Source: the human T2T-CHM13v2.0 reference genome, Homo sapiens. From it: a stretch of DNA of 64,000 nucleotides. Location: contig CP068257.2 in NCBI GenBank assembly GCA_009914755.4, positions 19,360,001-19,424,000 of the forward strand, written 5' to 3'. Position numbers and translations under genes: made by a program. The notes under the pieces are model-generated. The model ran no database searches. It had not been told where the DNA came from and saw only the letters and a list, made by a program, of their open reading frames with translations. This document shows, in pieces, positions 54,809 to 64,000 of the stretch (positions within the stretch are counted from its first letter, which is position 1; every line of letters begins with the position of its first letter).

Positions 54809-57800
54809 ATGTCCATTTCTTAAATGTTTTCCAGGTATTTTAGTCCATATTCTATTTCAGGTGTGACTTCTATATGTCTCTCTAGCATATAGTAAAGATT
54901 CCCCAAATCTTAGGCTGGACAGAAAAAAAAAATCTGAGGAATTGTCCACAATACTGAACATTCAAAATCATCTCTTTCTTTAGACCCAAACAGTTGATTT
55001 CTTGGAATGAATTCTTTCCCCAGAAATATCTCATCCCCTGGGCAAATAGACCTCTGGTGGCCTGTAATCCTACCAAGCAAACAAAGTTTAGACAGATTAG
55101 AAACACTGTAATGGACTAAATTTAGGCTCCATCTGGGGTTTCTACTATAGTTAAAAAATCAATTATTGCGTAGTACCTATTTACTCTCTTTTTTTCCAAA
55201 GTGAAAATAGAAGTAGATAATATTCAACCAGTCAGCACAAAATTTGTGTCCTCTTAAAAAATTTAGAGTAAATAAAGTATTCATAAGCCTCATATACTCA
55301 TTTCTAAGGGTTTGTTTGTTTTTGTATTTTGCTTTGCTTGCTTATTCTCCTTACCATTTCTTACCACTTGTTTATGCTTTAAGAGCATGTATAAATTTAT
55401 TTTACTTACAGCGGACAAACTTCTTATTGAATAGTTGAAAAAAAAAGCAAAAACAATTAATTGCTGGTATTTCATTGTGAAGATATTAAATAGTTATTAT
55501 AATTCTATGGAATTAAGTATTATGGTAATAGGCTCAAAGTAGCATTTAAAATTTGCTTCTGAGTAAATATTTATATAATGATTGTGCATTTTAATGTCAA
55601 AAGGACAAATGGTTTGCATTATAAAAATTTGTGGCGACATCAGAATATGGTTAATAGCTTTTTCTCACTCTTAGGTTTTCTCTAATTCCAATATTTTCAT
55701 TGCATCCATCTTCTTAAGTGAATATGACATGTTATTCCTTACTTGTGTATATTACAAAATTTTTTATTACCAATACTGATGAAACTAACCTGTGAAGCAT
55801 GTGGACCAGTTACCATTTTAACTAGTTTGATTAATTTTAAATTCTTTTTTGTGTGTTGTCTTTGTTTTGGTTTTTTGGAACTCTGAAGGTCAACTTTGTA
55901 GACTATGTGTTATTTTTAAAAATTAATTGTTTTAATTTTTGCCATTTATTTACATATATATTATAATATTATTTTCTACATATATGCATATGCCCCTTTA
56001 TATCATTTCTAATGCGCTATCATTTTTTCCCTCTCATTTTTTCATTTTTTTTGTCATGAGTATATTTAAGAAACCAGTTTTATTTTTATTTACTCCTTTT
56101 CTGTCATTTTGCGTTTTGTTATGGTAAATTCATCTTTTATCCATCTTAATTCCCCTCCTAAATTTTTCTTGGTTTATATTGTTGTTCTTTTTCTACTTAC
56201 TTATATGTATATACATACACATATACATTCATATATGGTATTTTTAATAATAAAACTTTTACTATTTTGAACATTACTATGAGTACATACCTGTTCCTAT
56301 AGTTTTAGGATTAAGCTATTCTTTTTTTTTTCAACTCTACATCTTTATATAATTTGGTATGTGTTATGATTTCCGTGTAAGTTTGGAAGGTGATCCTTGG
56401 AAACACCAATTATTTACTCCATACCAACATCCAAAAGATCACTTGACATTTTCATTGGTTTGACTTCAGAATTAGAAACTCTACTTTTTATAAAATAAAC
56501 ATTATAAACTATAAATTGTGCCTACCCAGTCAACAGTCATTGCCGAAGCTTTTCATGACTTTGTGATTGAATAATCTGAATTAGAAATTTTTTCAATAAT
56601 GTTACATATTAGGAACCTAGGCGTAAGTACAAATTTGTTGGTGAATATTGGTTGTCACCACACAGTACAGTATTTCAGATATTCAAACAGATGGGTTATT
56701 TTTAAAAATGTGTTTGAACTCATTTACTTCAGTTTGTAAATCTTACTGCTAACGTACTCCTGTGGTCTAACAGATCAGCGTAAAATGTTAAGGTTGTAAC
56801 TGTGATTTAGTACATGAAGATATACTCCTTACATACTCAAATACTAGCTCATGATAATTAGAACAAAATTTAAAGGCATGGTTTATAACCATAGACTCGA
56901 TAATATCTATCAAGATGTATTGCCAGAGTAATTACCCAAGTGTTAACACACAGGCATATGAAATCAATATATACAGTGACTTAAAACACATGTAAATTGA
57001 TTCCAAAAGATGTGATACCGATGTCTATTTTAAATTGCTAGAAAAGAAATGAATTAAAAGTTTGACATAACATACTTTTTGCCAAAATTAATTCAAGTCT
57101 CTCTGTTAAATTAGATTTTGAAAATTTGTCTCAAAGAGAACTATGAGTATAGGAAAACTGACAAAATCTGAACAGTGTGCTGCTTAAAACTAGCCTTTAA
57201 CTGTTTTAGATTCTTTTCTCTCAGTCCTGCAGAAAAGTCCAGGATACTGTTTCTGCCTCATAAATTTTTAAATACTTCCTTAGAATGAAGTTTTCTTATA
57301 TGTAGAAACGAAGTTGGCTTAAGACCCTAAGTTGGGAATATTTTCTTTAGCTTTGAGATCCATAGGAAAGAATGTATCTCACAAACACCCTTAAGGAAAA
57401 TGAAACTTAAAAATATTAGCTACAAGAGAGAAATATAAACATGCTATTTCTTTTTGTAACATCTCTTAATTTTCAGACAACCTTTCTTATCTGTTAAGTA
57501 TTGGTATATTTTTGATAGTGCTGTGTAAATTCAGAAAGGTGATTAAAACCAAGAAGCTTACCCTAGAACTTAAAGTATAATAATAATAATAAAACCAAGA
57601 AGCCACATGAAGTCATATAAATTGTCTCCAAAACACTTAAAGAATGATTAAGTGATTATCCTGTGAAATCATTCAGATAATTTGTATGTGTCTGTGTGAT
57701 TATGCCCACTGGGCACCTTTAAAGATGCTTTAAAAATAACCTTATTATCTCTTGTGATCCAACAACTTATTATCCAGTAAATAACAAACAGAAAACTACA

Positions 57801-58862
57801 TTGACTATTCCTTTACTAAAATAATGACAGTTTTAATGTATTAATAGGAGACTTTTTAGGTGTAGGGTAATGATAGGGAACATGAACAGCTCTGAGAGCA
57901 GACCTGCTTACTTATTTTCTTCTCAATCTAACTTCTTAATTTGTTTGAATTATAATGAACTCTAAGGAGGAAAAACAGCTTCTTAGTAATATGTAAAAAC
58001 TAAAGCTCATCTCAACACAAAATGGAGATCACTGGGGAACTGGTGTTCAAGGTTAGCAGTTAGGAGAAGGCTCAGGGACACCCCACTTGAGATTTGGGAT
58101 TAGACTAAGTGTCTCATCACTTAGTAGCTGTTATTTACACTTCCTAAACCTTACTTTCCCCATTTGTAAAATCAGTAATAATCGAGCCTAACTCGTAGAT
58201 TTGATGTGTGAAGTGAAAGAGGAAACATGTAAATACAATGCTGGCATAATCCATGTTCGGTAATTAGTAGCTCTTGTCACCATTATTATGACACTTACAC
58301 ATCCCTAAATATTATGGGACTAAAAATCCATCAGGATGAATAAAAGATAAAAACAGTACACTCTTCTTAAGGTACCTCATTTTGCTAGCAATATTTTTAT
58401 AGTCAATAAACTGTTCTCTCTCTAGGTAAAGAAATTCTGGCTTAAGCATTTTTTATTTGCACTGTATTAACTACTATCTTTACGCATAGCAATAAAATAA
58501 TTGGAGGAAAAAAAGCCTGTGTCTTTATATATTAGAAATGCTACATAGTACTGAAATGATGCACTTTAAGATCTAAACATGGAATCAGGGAGTCATATTT
58601 ATTCATTAAACTTTCCAGTAGCTTTCCCTTTGATTAACAGTGTGTATTGAATATAATCTTGAGGAAAAACTGTGGAATTCCTATTGGAATAAATGAGCAA
58701 ATAGATTATATTTGACTTTCTTTTTTTCCCCCAATAGCGTAATTTTAATTTACATTGGTAATATTGCCCATTCATCTGACTCAGTTATCAAGTTGCAAAA
58801 ATTCTTCCAGATAACACTAATATAAATGGGTAATTGACAGTTTAGAGCAAGTGACAGAGATA

Positions 58863-58866
<4 letters not shown>

Positions 58867-58907
<41 letters not shown>

Positions 58908-58972
58908 ATGAGAGAGGGGGAGAGAGAGGAGAGAGAGAGAGAGTGAGAGAGAGAGATAGTGAGAGAGAGAGA
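58867..58972. repeat. (TG)21 followed by an imperfect (GA)n microsatellite
   Basis: tgtgtgtg...tgtgcatgagagagggggagagagaggagagagagagagagtgagagagagagatagtgagagagagagaatc. It underlies ORF 58750..59118. Confidence 0.95.
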
Positions 58973-61900
58973 ATCTTTTCAATCACAAAGACGATTACTT
59001 CTCCTAAAGAAAAAACAGAGGTGTGACATGGCTCTCCAGAAGTCAAACTGATCTGAAAGACAGGAAGAGTCGAAATTCTTCCATCATGGAGTACAACCAT
59101 GAAATTGTTGCTACTCATAGAAAGTCTTAGTATAGTTTGGTTTAAACATTTTAAAATTGCAAATAAATATAGATAGATAATATCATGATGAGAAGGTCAC
59201 GGGAAGCCTGGAGATTTCAGGGTGCTCTTTCATAATTGGAGCGAGAATCATGTAACAGTTAAGAAACTAAACTCTTGAGCCTTCATAGTCTTTGCTTTCT
59301 CCCCATTTATTTATCTGATATTATATACCCTCTTTAATTATAGACTGGACTGAAATATTTTATTTTTGTTTTATTATAAAAAATCCTACTCGTCTTTAAC
59401 ATGTTCTCTTAAAGAGTGTTTCATATATAAATACTTTCCCCCCAAAATATAAAGAGGCTAACCACTATAGTATTGAAAGATTGAAAGAAAGACCTAGGGT
59501 GTCTAAAACCAAATTTAAAGGCTCAGTTCTAAGAGGAGTTAAAATGCTTCCTTTGTAAGCACTTTAAACTTCATCTTTAAACATTGATGAGAATATTATA
59601 AAGAATTCACAACAGCAGTTACATGGAGGTAGAAAAGAGTGTTGAGAAGAAGGAGGGTGATTGCAACAAATACAAAGAAACTATTGAGATGTAACAAAGA
59701 CGTGCAATTACCTATGAATGGGTAAACCAGTTATATATTTTGCTTTCACAGCATGAGATTATTTTTAATTTGAATTGGTTTACCATGTAATGACACTTCC
59801 ATTTTAAAGATTTTATGCATGTAACCTTAATACTCTCAAGGTTTCCAGACTTCAGAGAGGTAACTCATACTTTCATTGTACAGTGTCGGAGCACTTATAT
59901 TCCACAAGGATAAGTGCTTCCTGCTGGGACAAAGTCCTCATGCACCCGACAGATCCTTCCTGATCGTTACTTGTCATCCTTCATCTAATCTGTGCTCATA
60001 ACTTTTCCCCATCACGACTGCTTTTGGGCCCTTCTCCATGCAGTTGCCATTCTTACATATTTAACAAAAGCATTTTTAAAGTTGTCATTTAAGAAAGACT
60101 TTCCTAAGGGCTGAGGATAATAAAATGAAACTACGCTATTGACTAGCTAAAACGGGATATCATCTACCTGTGCTCCTAAAAGCTTCAGGCCTCTCTCTTT
60201 CCCTGTGAGTCCTTTAACAGCTATTTCTTCAAATTCTGACCTTCTCTATGGGATATCCCTCACGTTAACTTTCCCTACCCCTTATGGAGACTCCAATACC
60301 TGTCTCCTTTAGGCCTAGCCAGTGGCAAGAGAGGAGCATGATATGATGATGTCTCCGAAGAATTTCCTGCTCCCAATGAAAATGACTTCTACATGATTGA
60401 ACATAATGCTTTGTCCTTAATCAACAGCCATCTGCTCCAGAGATCACTAATGCCCAGTAACTCTGGGTGAATTGATTATATATAATGAACAAAAAGAATG
60501 TGCCAAAGTGGGCCCTAAGTCTCTTCAAAAAAAAAAAAAAAAAACCCAAAAAACAAACTAGCTTCCACACTTAAAACCAAAGGGCAAAGAAAAAAACAAG
60601 ATATAAACAGCAGTTTGCTCCCACTTTCACTTGATTAAAGTTCGAAATACTGGGACCCACTTGCTATGTGTGTGTGCATATGTATGTGTGCTTGTTGTAT
60701 GACATTATTTCATTGCACATATGAATTCCTAAACCTAGTTTCACATTTATATGTTGGGGTCACTTTGAATATTGTCTACTTTGTGATAAAGCAAATGATA
60801 TTTTATTTTGTGAATATGCATTAAATATGTGTTAATTTGTGTTAAAGATTATTACCAAATATGTCTATACTCTCAAGGAAAAATAAAAAGAAACATGTAG
60901 CTATTTGCTACAGAGGCAGAAGTATGTTGCCTCAAGTATTTTATTTACCTGTGTAAACCTATGTGAAGTGTTTTGAATGCTTTTGTTTTGTCAGCCATGG
61001 ATTCAGGTGTTTGTGGAAGCAGACTTGCATTAAAATTCACACAGGATTTTTTTTTTTTTTTTATTCATTGTACTTCTACATTGACCCATTGAGTCATGTA
61101 GAAATACATGTTATTTTGCATACATTTCCATATGGAAAAACGAAGAAAAAGAAGAGTTTTCTCTTTCAGAACATTTTATTATTCACTGCATTTTTGCTTT
61201 TCCATTCTTCATTGTATTTCTTACTATTGCTTACTAATACAAATACCTCCATGTGAATTTCTATTAGACTGTTTTTGGACGTTCTAGTGCTTTTTTCGAA
61301 GGACTATCCACGATCATCAGTTTCCAATAGCTACTTAAAGTATGGCATTCATAGCTGAATTTAATATCCCAGATATTTCCTTGACTGCATATCTCTGTCT
61401 TGTTTAATATGAAATAGACATTTTTCTTTTAAAGCAACAAGTTTATATTAACTCTTTATTAATCTATCATGTCACATGTTTGACTCATTTTGTGACTACC
61501 TCTTATATAATTTATATATGCCATCTTCTTTGCATTTCTTTATTTTTTGATTCAGTGTACAGTATTTGAGATATAAGAGAAGTATGTATAAAGGCAGGGA
61601 GAGGACTAGATCCAAGCCAGGAAAAAAGCTTTCTGCAATGTCATTTGATCCAGAAGAGAATTTTAAAACCACATTTTTAAGGTAAATAAGTCAGAGACTT
61701 GGGGACATTGAGAGAGGGTATTGGAAGAAAATAGTGCAGCAGAGATAGAGCATTTCAGAACTTCAGATAATGCAACTTTGGTTAGCTTAATTTAAATAAA
61801 ATTAATATTTAACTCTAGACTTTGTGGCTGCTGAGTTGTATATGCCAAGACTGTTTTATAAATAGCCACAGTGGACTAAATGGCCATACTATTTAGGGAA

Positions 61901-64000
61901 CCTAACATAAGAACCTTTTTATATTTGGAATATAATAGTTTCTTGTACATATTAATCTAGACTTCATCTTTTACATAGCATTTCTCATACAAGCCACATT
62001 TTATTGACAAGTTAAAAATGGTTTTGCACAGTATCCTCTTTGATTTTAGATGAACAGACATTCTCGTTCTCTAAAATAGTGGTTCTCAATGAGGATGTTT
62101 TATCCCACAGAACACATTAGCCAATGTCTAGAGACATTTTTGGTTGCCACACTGCACATGGATGTTGGGGTGCCAATAGTATGTAGCAGATAGAGACCAA
62201 GGAAGCTGCTAAATATGCTACAGGGAAAGCACCTCCACCCTCAACGAAGTGCAAAATATTAATAGTGTCCAGACAGAGAAATTCTGGTCTAGAAGTTAAA
62301 GGGCTGTAATGTTGGAGCAATTATTTGATAATATGTTAGCTCCGATATGGAAATGTCTAACCCTGTGGATTTAGTATCATTATAATTAATGATGTGAAAT
62401 ATAATTTCACATGTCAGCCATTCACATGTCTGAACTAATCTGATAATAAGGTGAGGATTGCGTTTGTACATGCTTGACATGTATTTGTGAGTGGCCATTA
62501 TAGCTATACTTATCACAGTGTATTTACTCCACTGCTGTTAAATTTAATTGGATTTATTATGCATAATGCCAATTGAAAAAGGTAGTATTTTGATGTGTTT
62601 CAGCTTACCACATCACTAAAAAACAGTAAAATGATTATACCATATGTGAAAATAGTCACAATAATCAAATTATATTAATTTTAGCATTCAATAATATGCA
62701 AACATATTATGTTTTAAATGCACAAGCATATCTGTGTATGGGTTCTGTGTATTTTTTAGTCTAAATCTTCCAGATTCTGGTAGATATTTTTTAGAAAAAC
62801 TATTTTATCTATTTATCCAAAGTCTGTGGATATATGTTTAATTGTCTTTCCATATATTTAAAATGTTGTCTTAAGCAGACAATTTTAGAAATCAAAACAT
62901 TATCAGAAACAAGTTTTCAAGACATATGGGAACATTAATAATACTTAATGCTAATTAAAATTGTCTATTATGATGGAATATAAATCTATCACACCCTATT
63001 AAGCAGGAGTAAAAAATGACAAAATTGGAATACTGCAGTGTTTCCTCTTAATATGGTGTGGTGGGGATGTGAGTAGCATAGACACACACAGACATTTACC
63101 CACACATATAGTTTTATTTGAAGAGCCCATTTTTAACCTATTTGTTGGCTTATTTTAATTGAGCTTAGAGCAGGTACGGTGGAAGAAGTGGAAGATTTAA
63201 AAGAGAAAAGTCTTGGTTGATGGTGAATGTCCTTGAATGCAGGGCAAGTCATCCAGGGCCCAGGTAAAGAGATTATTATTCTAGGATAATAGGCATGCAA
63301 CTAAAAATGCTAAGAAGAAAGGAAGAAGCCAAGGAAAGGTGGGCCTAAAATCAAGATTGTATGTAAGGAAGATTTTCAGATGCCATCTTTTTTTCCTCTC
63401 TCTTTAAGGTATAAGTTTGCTGAGAGGAAAAGGAGTAAGGATTGTATAAGGTGTGAAAATATGTGACGTTTCAGAGTAGCAATTTATAGCAGTGAAAACA
63501 GCTGTAGGTATTAAGTGATAGTCTGAAGAGTTCAGCTAAATAGCATCAATCCACATCATCTGCAGATAATTTGATATTTCCGTTCTAAAAGAGTTAAAGA
63601 CCTGTGTTCAATATTTTCTTTCAAAGTGTTCTTGAATATAGTCTAAGTGTCATTTAAAGTTATTGCTGGGGCTTGGCTTAATTACAACGTGGCTGCTATA
63701 AACAATCACAGTTGTAGATGCTGAACACATATTTTCTGTCATCAGGTGGTATGCTTTAGTTTGTTCCTGTTTTAATGATAATCACATAATTTAGATTTAG
63801 ATGCATTTTATACTATCAGTCTTGATGAACATTCATGATACCTTTCTTATCTAGGTTTAAGTTGATAGAACTTACCACATAAAAAGTATGAAGCCCCTTT
63901 GATTGATAACCTGATTGGAAATATTTAATTAATCTGTTCAGAGATGAGTTAAACAGAAGATACTAATTATGTTGGAATCATACAGCCTATTCTTTTTGAA

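Overview
This window reads as primate (most likely human) nuclear DNA, not a microbial locus, and I found no defence island, operon, CRISPR array or rRNA/tRNA gene in it. It opens with a ~1 kb GC-rich CpG island (about 40-1010) carrying GC boxes, a compound (ATCAGC)n/(AGCTC)n microsatellite and a 20-unit GCN triplet repeat. That island ends in what looks like the first coding exon of a + strand gene: ATG at 950, peptide MSLLLSFYLLGLLVSSGQ (signal-peptide-like), then a GT splice donor after 1004 (CAAG|GTAGGA), leaving a phase-1 intron. I could not match this peptide to a gene from memory. The remaining ~63 kb is AT-rich and looks like intron dominated by interspersed repeats. There are 23 Alu elements, dense from 15 kb onward, several with readable target-site duplications. 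One is a 5'-truncated AluYb8 (human-specific subfamily) recognised by the GCAGTCC duplication. A nearly full-length Tigger1 (pogo-like) DNA transposon spans ~15030-18081 with a decayed transposase frame and two nested Alus. A THE1/MST-type MaLR solo LTR lies at 40764-41129. Three L1 3'-end fragments are present, two with the inverted/direct arrangement typical of twin priming. There are also several microsatellites, a ~123-bp two-copy tandem duplication, and a pair of ~610-bp direct repeats 3.1 kb apart. Nearly all supplied ORFs are artefacts of the CpG island, of Alu antisense frames (SLLSSWDYR / [12 protein letters not shown] peptides) or of low-complexity DNA. I see no support for a novel coding system. 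The things worth following up are the unidentified signal-peptide exon with its repeat-rich promoter, the young AluYb8, and the repeat-architecture observations below.
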